Shown piece after piece: positions 1-8,138 of a stretch of 55,974 bases of DNA (position 1 is the stretch's first letter; each line of letters opens with the position of its first letter). The DNA is from a virus. Lineage: Duplodnaviria > Caudoviricetes. The position numbers and the translations under genes were made by a program. The DNA lies in the IMG/VR virus record IMGVR_UViG_3300049142_000052, positions 1 to 55,974 of that record. One strand, written 5' to 3'. The notes under the pieces are model-generated. The model ran no database searches. It was not told where the DNA came from and saw nothing but the letters and a program-made list of their open reading frames with translations.

Positions 1-2
1 AC

Positions 3-131
3 CGCGGCGTCCTCCAGCAGGCCGGCGAAGACCACAACGGGCGCCCCCTCTTCCGCGCCATAGACGTCATCAACGCCGAGAAGGCCACCCGAGAGAAGGC
101 GCGGCGGGTCTACCCCGCGCACGCCGCCTAA
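3..131 (+). CDS. 3' end of MerR-like HTH DNA-binding protein (5' truncated by window); candidate late regulator
   Basis: Read by hand: RGVLQQAGEDHNGRPLFRAIDVINAEKATREKARR...TAA(129-131); RG.L..AG.D..GRPL[FY]R..DV wing motif. Confidence 0.6.
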   Translation, partial: RGVLQQAGEDHNGRPLFRAIDVINAEKATREKARRVYPAHAA

Positions 132-274
132 TTGCTCCTGCGCTGGCGAGGCGCAGGCAGGGCCTTGTAGCGCCCCCGCGCTCGGCCCCGTCGTCCGCCC
201 GGTCCTAGTGGGGGGCCGGGCGGACAACAAACCCCTCAACGCCCGCAGCTAGCTACTGCGGGAAGGAAGGCCCG

Positions 275-1075
275 ATGTCTCCAGGCATCGGGCCTTCCGT
301 CATCCCTGGAGGACAAATGGGCAGAACGTGCGGTCGAGGTCGTTGGGAGACCGGGCACCGTGTGATCGTCGACATTGACGGGGACAAGCCTCGGATCGTC
401 GGGTGCCTCGAGTGCGATTGGGACAGCGTCATTCACGGCGACCTAGGCAAGGAGCTGGACCCCGAAGAGCGGTGCGTGCGGCGTCTAGAGAGCCCGAGAC
501 GATGTACGCAAGTGAAGCAGGACGGCGGACGGTGCAGCCTCAGCGCGGATTACGGTGACCGATGCCACCGGCACATGAACAAGGATCGCTTCCTGCACGA
601 GCTGTACCACGGCTTTCGATCTCCGTGGCGAGACGTGTCGCTACCTGAGGCGTACCGTGCGGTTTTCATCCGTGCGATTCAGGATGCCGGACTCGTTCAG
701 GATGCCCAAGAGGTAACCAGGGCGACCTTCGAGGAGGCCCGGCGCCTGCGCCACGCCTCGGTCGTCTACTTCGTGGAGCGCCAAGGGTTGATCAAGATCG
801 GTACATCGCGACGCCTTAAGGCACGCCTAGAGAGCATCAGCCATGGGGCATGCAAGATGCCCGACGGGATGGCTCCAGGACCGGTGAATCTGCTAGCCAC
901 AATGCCAGGCGACCAACGCACGGAGTCGAGTTACCACCATCGCTTCCGGCGGCAGCGTGTTGCAGGGGAGTGGTTTCGCCCAAATAAAGCACTGCTGCGA
1001 CTGATCGAAGATCTCCAGCGAGCTGAAGAGAGCGGTCGCAGTGACATCCTGGACCAGGTTCTAGAGATCGCCTGA
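275..1075 (+). CDS. GIY-YIG superfamily (T5orf172/MUG113-like) nuclease with N-terminal Cys motifs
   Basis: VVYFVE..GLIKIGTS..LKARL...LLATMPG...E..YHHRF...RVAGEWF; codon usage less GC-biased than neighbours. Confidence 0.75.
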   Translation: MSPGIGPSVIPGGQMGRTCGRGRWETGHRVIVDIDGDKPRIVGCLECDWDSVIHGDLGKELDPEERCVRRLESPRRCTQVKQDGGRCSLSADYGDRCHRHMNKDRFLHELYHGFRSPWRDVSLPEAYRAVFIRAIQDAGLVQDAQEVTRATFEEARRLRHASVVYFVERQGLIKIGTSRRLKARLESISHGACKMPDGMAPGPVNLLATMPGDQRTESSYHHRFRRQRVAGEWFRPNKALLRLIEDLQRAEESGRSDILDQVLEIA

Positions 1076-1187
1076 AGCCGGGGCGGCCCGGTCACCGCCC
1101 CGTCGTCCCGCCGCCCTGACCACCACCCGTCCCGGGCGGCGGGACACCAACCCCGCGCCACGCGGCGCACACCATCGAGGAGGCCGC

Positions 1188-1571
1188 GTGGCCGACAACC
1201 TGACCAACACCGCGGAGAACCGTGCCCTGGACTTCATCCTGGGGCTCGCGGCCACCGCCCCCACCACCCCGCTCAAGGTTGCGCTCGTCACGGCGAACGG
1301 CGACGAGACCACCGCGGGCACCGAGGTGACCGGCGGCTCCTACGCCCGCCAGAACCTCACCGTCGCCGCGGCCGTCAACGGCGCCACCAGCAACAGTGCC
1401 GACCTGGTCTGGGCGGACATGCCCGCCGCGACCGTCGTCGGCGTCGAGATCTGGGACTCGGCTGGCGCCCCGGTTCGGCTCTGGTACGGGCCGCTCGCCG
1501 CGTCCCGCACCGTCGCAGCCGGGGACGAGTTCCGGCTCGCCGCGGGGGCCCTGACGCTGGTCCTGCAGTAG
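1188..1571 (+). CDS. Virion structural / fibre-associated small beta protein
   Basis: MADNLTNTAENRALD...EVTGGSYARQ..., family typical of phage fibre cassettes; RBS GAGGAGG. Confidence 0.65.
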   Translation: MADNLTNTAENRALDFILGLAATAPTTPLKVALVTANGDETTAGTEVTGGSYARQNLTVAAAVNGATSNSADLVWADMPAATVVGVEIWDSAGAPVRLWYGPLAASRTVAAGDEFRLAAGALTLVLQ

Positions 1572-1580
1572 GGAGGGCCG

Positions 1581-2693
1581 ATGCCGTCCCTGTCCACCCT
1601 GATCGACAACTTCAACAGCGGGACGCTCTCACCCGAGTGGGGCAACAGCTACGGCGGTACCGCTGTCGTCGGCGGTCGGGCCCGGGTTCCGTGCACCACC
1701 GGCTATGCGGGCTGCCAGACCGGCTACGCGTGGACGCTGGCCGGCGCGAGTTTCTTCGTGCAGGTGCCCACCACCCCGGACCCGGCCGGGGCGACAGCGG
1801 AGGCGTACTGCGCGGTCACCGTGCAAGGCACCGTCGAAGGCACGAGGGTCGGGTTCATCATCAACAAGGTGACGGGCATGCTCCGCTGCGTGTCCGAGAC
1901 CGGCTACTGGGACGACAACGCCGTCGAACTCGCCTACGACCCGGCCGCCCACCTGTTCCTGCGGCTACGGGAAGACGGCGCCAACCTGTACTGGGACACC
2001 AGCTCAGACGGCACGGCGTGGACGAACCGGCGGACCCTCGCCACCCCCGCCTGGATCCCGGCCGACGCCGAACTGTGCGCGCTCGACATGAGCGCCCACC
2101 GCGACGGCGGCGCCGACGACTACGCCGAATTCGACCTCGCCAACACGCTCTCCAACGGCGCCGTATGGGAGGCGTCCGCAGCCCTGACCGCGGAGACCAC
2201 GCTCGCCGCGACCGCGAAGGTCGCCGCTCACGGCACCGCGACGCTCACCGCCGACGCCGGCCTGGACGCCGCACCAGCCGTAGCCGCGCACGCCACGGCC
2301 ACCCTGACCGCCGAGGCGGCCCTCACCGCGACGGCGACCGGTAACGAGTTCCCGGAGGTGGCCGAGTTGTCCGCCGGAGACTGGGACCTGTACATCGAGC
2401 AAGGCGCCACGTTCGTTCAGGCGTTCACCGTCGACGACGACCCCGACTTCACGTGGGACGGCTGGACGGCCCGCAGCCAGATCCGCTCCGAGGCCGGCCC
2501 GAACGGGGAACTCCTCCTCGACCTCACCGACTACCTCACCGTCGACGGCGCCGAGATCCGCATCGCCATCCCCGCCTCCGTCACCGCGACCCTCACCCGC
2601 AACGGACGCTGGGACCTCGAAGTCGTCAACGGGCCCACCGTCGTCCGCCTCCTGAACGGCAAGGTTGTCGTCTCGCTGGAGGTGACCCGGTGA
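1581..2693 (+). CDS. Virion structural protein: lectin-like N-domain, Ala/Thr repeat linker, C-terminal BppU/LtfC-like adaptor domain
   Basis: ATATLTA[ED]A repeats; C-terminal DLYIEQGATF...WTARSQIR...GRWDLEV...RLLNGKVVVS. Confidence 0.6.
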   Translation: MPSLSTLIDNFNSGTLSPEWGNSYGGTAVVGGRARVPCTTGYAGCQTGYAWTLAGASFFVQVPTTPDPAGATAEAYCAVTVQGTVEGTRVGFIINKVTGMLRCVSETGYWDDNAVELAYDPAAHLFLRLREDGANLYWDTSSDGTAWTNRRTLATPAWIPADAELCALDMSAHRDGGADDYAEFDLANTLSNGAVWEASAALTAETTLAATAKVAAHGTATLTADAGLDAAPAVAAHATATLTAEAALTATATGNEFPEVAELSAGDWDLYIEQGATFVQAFTVDDDPDFTWDGWTARSQIRSEAGPNGELLLDLTDYLTVDGAEIRIAIPASVTATLTRNGRWDLEVVNGPTVVRLLNGKVVVSLEVTR

Positions 2694-3988
2694 GGATCCG
2701 AGTCACAGGCGAACGCCCCACCGACGCCATCACCATCAACGGCACACAGTCCCGCATCGTCACCGTCTCCGCCGGCCTCGTCTCCTCCGTCAACGGGCAC
2801 ACCGGTCCGGTCACGCTCACCGCGGAGACGATCGGAGCCGACCCGGCCGGCTCCGCCGCGGCCGTCGAAGCCGAAGCGCTGCAGGCGGCAGCCGACGCGC
2901 AGGCCGCGGCGATTTCGACCGCAGCCGCCGACGCCACCGCGAAGGTCGAAGCGCACGTCGCCGCGACCGACCCGCACGGCGACCGCGCCTACGCGGACGG
3001 GAAGTTCCTGCCGAAGACTGGCGGAGCGCTCACCGGCGGCATCACCACGAACCTCGCCGTCCGGTCGGCCTTCCTCAAGACCACGAGCCCGACGGAGCAC
3101 GCGGTCACGATCTACCAGGCGTCCACCACCGGCGTGGATGTCGCCGCGGCCCTGAACCTGATCTCCGACAACCGGGAGACGTCCGCGGTCTACATCTCCG
3201 GGCACGAGACGCTGCCCCGCGGCACGCTCAAGGTCACCCACACCAACGGCGGGACGACCGCCACCGACGACACCAGCGCCTCCGCCCTGTCCATCGACCT
3301 GCGGCGCGGCACCGCGGCAGGCACGGCAGCCCAGGGCATCTTCGTCACGAGCACGGACGGCGGCACCACCGGCCGGCTGCTGACCCTCCGCAACGGCGGC
3401 GCGAACCTCGTCACCGTCCCCGCCGCTGGCAGCATCTACACGGCGACCGGTGCGTTCGGTGTGCAACTGCCCGTCAACCACGGGCTGACCGGCTGGACCT
3501 ACGACCCGGTCATCGCCACCACCGGCTCGCTGCTGACGAACGGCACCGTCTACCTGTCGAAGATCCATGTTCCGGACGACGTGGCCATCACCAAGGTCTA
3601 CTGGTGGGTGACCACGGCGGGCGCCACGGCCACCGCCGGACAGAACTGGGTCGGCCTCTACAGCCCCGCAGGCGTCCGCCTCGCGACGACCGGCGTCGAC
3701 GCCGCGATCACCAGCACCGGGCTCAAGACCACCACCGTCGCGAGCACGAGCCTGGCGGCTGGCTCGTTCGTCTGGGTCGCGATGGTCTTCAATGCGACGA
3801 CCGCGCCGACCGTTGCTCGGGCCACCGGCAGCGGCGGACTTGCCACCGCCGTCAACGCCGGCCTCACCAGCGGGACGTACCGGTTCGCGACCAACGGCAC
3901 CGCCCAGACCAGCCTCCCGGCGGCCATCACCCCCGGCAGCAACGTCGCCGCAGGCTTCGCCGGACCCTGGGCCGCCATCGGCCCCTGA
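2690..3988 (+). CDS. Fibre protein with HylP-like (phage hyaluronate lyase) domain
   Basis: GTG overlaps upstream stop (GTGA); VSSVNGHTGPVTL fibre motif; AALNLISDN..SA...GHE...GTLKVTH...ASALSIDL....GTAAQGIFV.ST.GGTTGRLL.LRN matches streptococcal phage HylP motifs. Confidence 0.75.
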   Translation: MRIRVTGERPTDAITINGTQSRIVTVSAGLVSSVNGHTGPVTLTAETIGADPAGSAAAVEAEALQAAADAQAAAISTAAADATAKVEAHVAATDPHGDRAYADGKFLPKTGGALTGGITTNLAVRSAFLKTTSPTEHAVTIYQASTTGVDVAAALNLISDNRETSAVYISGHETLPRGTLKVTHTNGGTTATDDTSASALSIDLRRGTAAGTAAQGIFVTSTDGGTTGRLLTLRNGGANLVTVPAAGSIYTATGAFGVQLPVNHGLTGWTYDPVIATTGSLLTNGTVYLSKIHVPDDVAITKVYWWVTTAGATATAGQNWVGLYSPAGVRLATTGVDAAITSTGLKTTTVASTSLAAGSFVWVAMVFNATTAPTVARATGSGGLATAVNAGLTSGTYRFATNGTAQTSLPAAITPGSNVAAGFAGPWAAIGP

Positions 3989-4023
3989 TCGGCATCCAAC
4001 CCGCATTCGAAAGGCCCGCGCCC

Positions 4024-4296
4024 ATGGCCCGCTACCGCAAGAAGCCCGTCGAGATCGAAGCCGTGCAGCTCACCAACGACACGACGCCCGACAAGGTCGC
4101 CCACTGGTGCGGCGGCCGAGTCGTCCCGCACCCGGAGAAGAATTACACCGGCGGCCCGCTCGTTATTGAGATCGACACTCTCGAAGGCACGATGCGCGCC
4201 GAGCCCGGCGACTGGATCATCCGTGGCGTGCAGGGCGAGTTCTACCCGTGCAAGCCGGACATCTTTGCCGCCACCTATGAGGCGGTGGAGGAGTGA
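4024..4296 (+). CDS. Widespread conserved phage protein (YRKKPV-x-IEA / TLEG / GDWII / YPCKPDIF family)
   Basis: Motifs in 90 aa ORF; ATG follows junction motif. Confidence 0.8.
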   Translation: MARYRKKPVEIEAVQLTNDTTPDKVAHWCGGRVVPHPEKNYTGGPLVIEIDTLEGTMRAEPGDWIIRGVQGEFYPCKPDIFAATYEAVEE

Positions 4297-4541
4297 CCCA
4301 GCCCGACGAGCACGGCCTCTACGACTGCCCGCACTGCACGGACGCGGTCGTCGACCTCGACGAGCACCTCACCACGTGCACCGCCGCCCGTGAAGAGAAG
4401 CTCGCCGAAGCACGCCGCCTCCTCACCGACGAGCAGCAGCGGCAAGACGAAGCGTGCCGAGCCGAGATCGAAGCCGTCCTCGCCAAATACGGACGCCGCC
4501 TCCAGATCAGCCAGCCGCAGATCACCATCGTCCCCCAGTAG
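4293..4541 (+). CDS. Hypothetical protein with CxxC-x9-HxxxC zinc finger
   Basis: YDCPHC...EHLTTC; GTGA overlap. Confidence 0.65.
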   Translation: MTQPDEHGLYDCPHCTDAVVDLDEHLTTCTAAREEKLAEARRLLTDEQQRQDEACRAEIEAVLAKYGRRLQISQPQITIVPQ

Positions 4542-4550
4542 GAGACCGCC

Positions 4551-5093
4551 ATGCCCACCAGCGACAACGAGGGCAAGGACTGGTCCCTCGACTGGTTCAA
4601 GTACCACCTGCCGAACACCGTCACCGACGTGGGACCGGGTGAAGGCACCTACGCCAAGCTCTTCCGGCCCATGCACCACGGCGTGTGGTGGACCGCGGTG
4701 GAGGTGTTCAAACCGTACATCCGGCGCTATGGCCTCAAGAACACGGCCAAGCGCACCGGCATGTACGACGAGGTCCACAACCTCGACGCACGCGAAGCAC
4801 CCGACCACCTCTTCTACCGGGACCTCGTCGTTTTCGGCGACGTCCTCGAACACGTCGAACGCGACGACGCCGTCCAGCTGCTCCAGCGAGCAGAAGCGGC
4901 CGGCGCCTGGAACATCCTCGTCAGCGTCCCCATCGTCGAATCCATCCAGGGCGAAGTCGACGGCAACCCGTATGAGGCCCACCTCCACCAGTGGGACGCC
5001 GACGACATGGACCAGGTCCTCGCCGAACTCGGCGGACGCGTCGAGACGTTCCGAGGCGGAACGCTCGGATGCTGGTGGTGGAACCGCGGATGA
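4551..5093 (+). CDS. Class I SAM-dependent methyltransferase
   Basis: Motif I DVGPGEG; DLVVFGDVLEH; RBS GGAG. Confidence 0.85.
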   Translation: MPTSDNEGKDWSLDWFKYHLPNTVTDVGPGEGTYAKLFRPMHHGVWWTAVEVFKPYIRRYGLKNTAKRTGMYDEVHNLDAREAPDHLFYRDLVVFGDVLEHVERDDAVQLLQRAEAAGAWNILVSVPIVESIQGEVDGNPYEAHLHQWDADDMDQVLAELGGRVETFRGGTLGCWWWNRG

Positions 5094-5677
5094 AGCTCCA
5101 AGACGTCGTCGCCGCATGGGATCGAGCTGACCCGGCAGCGATCCACCCGACCCGCGAGCACGAGAGCGAAGACGCCTACTGGGCATCCGGCGCCGACCAA
5201 GCCCAGATGATCGCCGCAATGCTTCCGGCCGGCGCTCGAGTCATGGACTTCGGCTGCGGAGACGGCCGCGTCGCCATCCCCCTACGCGCCATGGGCTACG
5301 ACGTCATCGGAGTCGACTCCTCGCCCCGCAGGCTCGCCGCACTCACCGAACGCGACCCCGACCTGCCCACCATCCACTCCGACGGCAGCGACCTCGGCAA
5401 GCACCTCGGCCGCCGGAAGACGGACGCCACCTACTGTCTGGCCGTCCTCATCCACCACGGCTACGACGACGGCGCCGCCCTCATCGCCGCCCTGGCCAAG
5501 ACGGTCCGCAAGGGCGGCCTCCTCATCCTCGACTGGCCCACCAGCGACCAGCCCCACGAACGCACCCACTGGATCGACGTCACCACCTGGAGCGCCGAAC
5601 AGCAGACAGCCGTAGCCGAAGACCTCGGCCTCACCCCAGTGGAAACCCCGCTCCCCTGGAGCGTCTGGACAACCTGA
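5090..5677 (+). CDS. Class I SAM-dependent methyltransferase
   Basis: ATGA overlap; VMDFGCGDGR, VIGVDSS, CLAVLIH, KGGLLILD. Confidence 0.85.
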   Translation: MKLQDVVAAWDRADPAAIHPTREHESEDAYWASGADQAQMIAAMLPAGARVMDFGCGDGRVAIPLRAMGYDVIGVDSSPRRLAALTERDPDLPTIHSDGSDLGKHLGRRKTDATYCLAVLIHHGYDDGAALIAALAKTVRKGGLLILDWPTSDQPHERTHWIDVTTWSAEQQTAVAEDLGLTPVETPLPWSVWTT

Positions 5678-5698
5678 CCCCACGGAAGGCCCGCGGCC

Positions 5699-6049
5699 AT
5701 GGCCCGCCATCACGTCACGCTCACCGTGCGGCCACCGACCTGGATCGAACGCCTCTGGTACCGGAGCCTCGGACTACCCGCGCCTCTCGCCTGCTGCAAG
5801 CCGAAGAAATGGGCAGCCTGGATCCGGCTCCTACCGCAGTCCTGGACCCGCATCCACCGCCGGTACGCGGAGGCGAACGGCTTCTACTGGCTGCCCTGCC
5901 TCCTCTGCTCCCGCCCCTACGGCGGACACCAGCACGCAGGCAGCATCCCCGACCCCGAGTACGGGCCCGGCTCCGGCCGCAGCGTCGGCATCTGCCCCCA
6001 CTGCACCCGGCACGGACGCCACGTACCGCTGCCGGACGACTATCTCTGA
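5699..6049 (+). CDS. Hypothetical protein, Cys-rich (CLLC...CPHC)
   Basis: ORF between junction motifs; two CxxC. Confidence 0.6.
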   Translation: MARHHVTLTVRPPTWIERLWYRSLGLPAPLACCKPKKWAAWIRLLPQSWTRIHRRYAEANGFYWLPCLLCSRPYGGHQHAGSIPDPEYGPGSGRSVGICPHCTRHGRHVPLPDDYL

Positions 6050-6070
6050 CCCCACCCTGGAGCCCGCGCC

Positions 6071-6547
6071 ATGGATCTCCACGCCTGGATCACCCAGCAA
6101 GTCGAGCAGGTCGAGCGCATCGCCCTGAAGGCACGCGAGGACATCCCGGCCCTGCTTGCGAGCGGAGACATCGACAACCGCTTCGCCGAGCGACACATCG
6201 CTGCAAACGACCCGGCTGCTGTCCTCCGCCGCTGCGCGGCGGACCGCCGCATCCTCGCCCGACACCGGATCGACCCCGACCAAGCCGCATTCCCCGGCGC
6301 CTGCGAAGGCTGCGGACTCGACAACTGGGACCTCCCGAACACCGAAAGCGTCAACGACTGCCCCGAACTACTCGACCTCGCCCACGCCCACGGCATCACG
6401 GACGACATCCTCGCCGGACTCCACCGACCCCAGTTGCCCGAGCGGAAGCCGCTGAGCAAGCGGTACGCCAACGGCGGCTTCCTCACCCCGCCCATCACCA
6501 CCCGCGACGTACCCGCCGCACTCCGCGGCCCCCACTGGAAACCCTGA
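6071..6547 (+). CDS. DUF6221-like actinophage protein
   Basis: RHIAANDPAAVLRRCAADRRILARH...CxxC...CPELLDLA. Confidence 0.65.
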   Translation: MDLHAWITQQVEQVERIALKAREDIPALLASGDIDNRFAERHIAANDPAAVLRRCAADRRILARHRIDPDQAAFPGACEGCGLDNWDLPNTESVNDCPELLDLAHAHGITDDILAGLHRPQLPERKPLSKRYANGGFLTPPITTRDVPAALRGPHWKP

Positions 6548-6568
6548 ACCCCCACAGGAGCCCGCGCC

Positions 6569-6754
6569 ATGGCCCGCTACCTCGTCACCTACGACAACGG
6601 GATGGAAGACACCATCACCGCCACCAAGGTGGACAAGAACTTCGACAGCAGCGAATACCGCTTCCTCGACACCAGCGATCAACCCGTCGCCTACGTCCCC
6701 GCCAGCAACGTCCTCAGCATCGTCCGTCAGGACGACGAGGAGGTGACCGGATGA
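6569..6754 (+). CDS. Small hypothetical beta-rich protein
   Basis: RBS plus junction motif; 61 aa. Confidence 0.65.
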   Translation: MARYLVTYDNGMEDTITATKVDKNFDSSEYRFLDTSDQPVAYVPASNVLSIVRQDDEEVTG

Positions 6755-6969
6755 TGGCCGCCGTGCCCAGCTACCGCGAACTCGCCCAACGCACCCTCGG
6801 CCAAGCCGCCTCCGAACTCAACGCCATGCCGCAGGGCCAAGTAGTCGCCGCGGAGATCCAAGCCCGAGCCGCCAAGGCGCAGGCCATCGCCACCATCGCC
6901 ACCGCCCAGGCCCTCCTGGAGATCGGCGACATCCTCCGCGCCAACCTGACGCGAGGTGATGCGGCGTGA
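6751..6969 (+). CDS. Small helical hypothetical protein (similar to 32996..33184)
   Basis: ATGA overlap; RBS GGAGG; true start lies within track ORF 5809..6969. Confidence 0.6.
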   Translation: MMAAVPSYRELAQRTLGQAASELNAMPQGQVVAAEIQARAAKAQAIATIATAQALLEIGDILRANLTRGDAA

Positions 6970-7277
6970 GCGGCGGCTCCTACAACTACCTGTTCACCGC
7001 CCAAGACCTCGAAGACCTCCAGAACCGGCAACACGATCTCGAAGCCATGGCCGAACGACTCGCCGGCCTCGGCTACGCCCAAGACGCCGCACGCGAAACC
7101 GAAGAACTCCTCCTCCTCTTCCGACAGTGGCAGATCCGCGCCGAGACCCGCATGCGGCGCCTCGCCGACATCTGGCACGCCGTCGAATGGTGGGACTCCA
7201 ACGACAGCAGCGAAACCCGCGTCCACGAAGCCCTCGCCAAATACCGAGGCGACACGAACGGGACCCCGGCACCGTGA
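6966..7277 (+). CDS. Conserved phage hypothetical protein (MSGGSYNYL family)
   Basis: GTGA overlap; MSGGS.NYL and W.AVEW.DS motifs. Confidence 0.65.
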   Translation: MSGGSYNYLFTAQDLEDLQNRQHDLEAMAERLAGLGYAQDAARETEELLLLFRQWQIRAETRMRRLADIWHAVEWWDSNDSSETRVHEALAKYRGDTNGTPAP

Positions 7278-7567
7278 GTGGCGGGTGGGAAGGCTCGGAC
7301 CGTAAGAGCCGGCTGCCCCGCGGCTGGGATCGCATCCGAGCTGAGACCCTCGCCCGGAATCCGATCTGCGTCCTGTGTGGAGTGCGCCCGTCGACGCATT
7401 GCGATCACATCAAGGCCAAGACTGATGATCACCGGCCTGAGGGACTGCAGGGAGTTTGCGGACCCTGTCATGATCAGAAGTCGTCGCGTGAGGGCAACGA
7501 CGCCCAGCGCGCCAACCCGCGGCCCGGACGGAAACGGCCCGAGGAACCACACCCCGGCCTCCGGTAA
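7274..7567 (+). CDS. Packaging-associated HNH endonuclease
   Basis: W.GSDRKSRLP.GW..IR...CVLC...DHI...LQGVCGPCH..KS..EG; upstream of terminase. Confidence 0.85.
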   Translation: MSGGWEGSDRKSRLPRGWDRIRAETLARNPICVLCGVRPSTHCDHIKAKTDDHRPEGLQGVCGPCHDQKSSREGNDAQRANPRPGRKRPEEPHPGLR

Positions 7568-7577
7568 GGCGGTGACC

Positions 7578-7796
7578 ATGCCCGCCTACCTGATCGTCCA
7601 CCCACGTGAGCAGCGCCGCGAAGACGTCCACATCGAAAGCGACGACCTCACCCTCACCGTCGTCGACGGATGGGCCGTCTTCTCCGACCACGCCGGCATC
7701 TGCCTCGCCATCCCCGCCGGGCTAGGAGCCCAGATCCAGCGGGTAGACGAACCACAAGACCCCGGCCCTCCGGAGCCCGCGCCGCAGAAGGAGTGA
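7578..7796 (+). CDS. Small hypothetical protein
   Basis: MPAYLIVH...; RBS-like AAGGCGG; weak similarity to 6569..6754. Confidence 0.55.
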   Translation: MPAYLIVHPREQRREDVHIESDDLTLTVVDGWAVFSDHAGICLAIPAGLGAQIQRVDEPQDPGPPEPAPQKE

Positions 7797-7802
7797 TCCA
7801 CT

Positions 7803-8036
7803 GTGGCCAGCAAAGGACGAAGCAACCGAGGCAACGCCGAAGCACTCCGCCGCTACTGGACTTCCGGAGCAGGCGCCTCCAAGATCCGCTGGGGAACCCC
7901 CGGCGACTGGACCCGCTGCAACCGCCAGCTGTCCAAGTACATGGGCGCCCGAGCCCGCGGCTACTGCCAGCTCATGCACCGCCGCGCAACCGGCGTGTAC
8001 ACCGGCAGCCGCCGCAACGTCGGCCGGCGGCGCTGA
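7803..8036 (+). CDS. Conserved basic actinophage protein (LRRYW..G.G..KIRWGTPGD family)
   Basis: RBS AAGGAG; KIRWGTPGDW.RC...GYC..MH...TG. Confidence 0.7.
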   Translation: MASKGRSNRGNAEALRRYWTSGAGASKIRWGTPGDWTRCNRQLSKYMGARARGYCQLMHRRATGVYTGSRRNVGRRR

Positions 8037-8138
8037 CGCAGAACCGCCCCACTACCAGCAGGCGTTGAGACAATAGAACCCCGGCGGATGCGCGAACATC
8101 CCCGGGGCCATGGCCAGCCCTGACACGACAGGACCAAC

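Noticed and set aside
4551-5677. Restriction-modification DNA methyltransferases
   Set aside because: Too short and lacking DPPY/NPPY/SPPY or PC catalytic motifs
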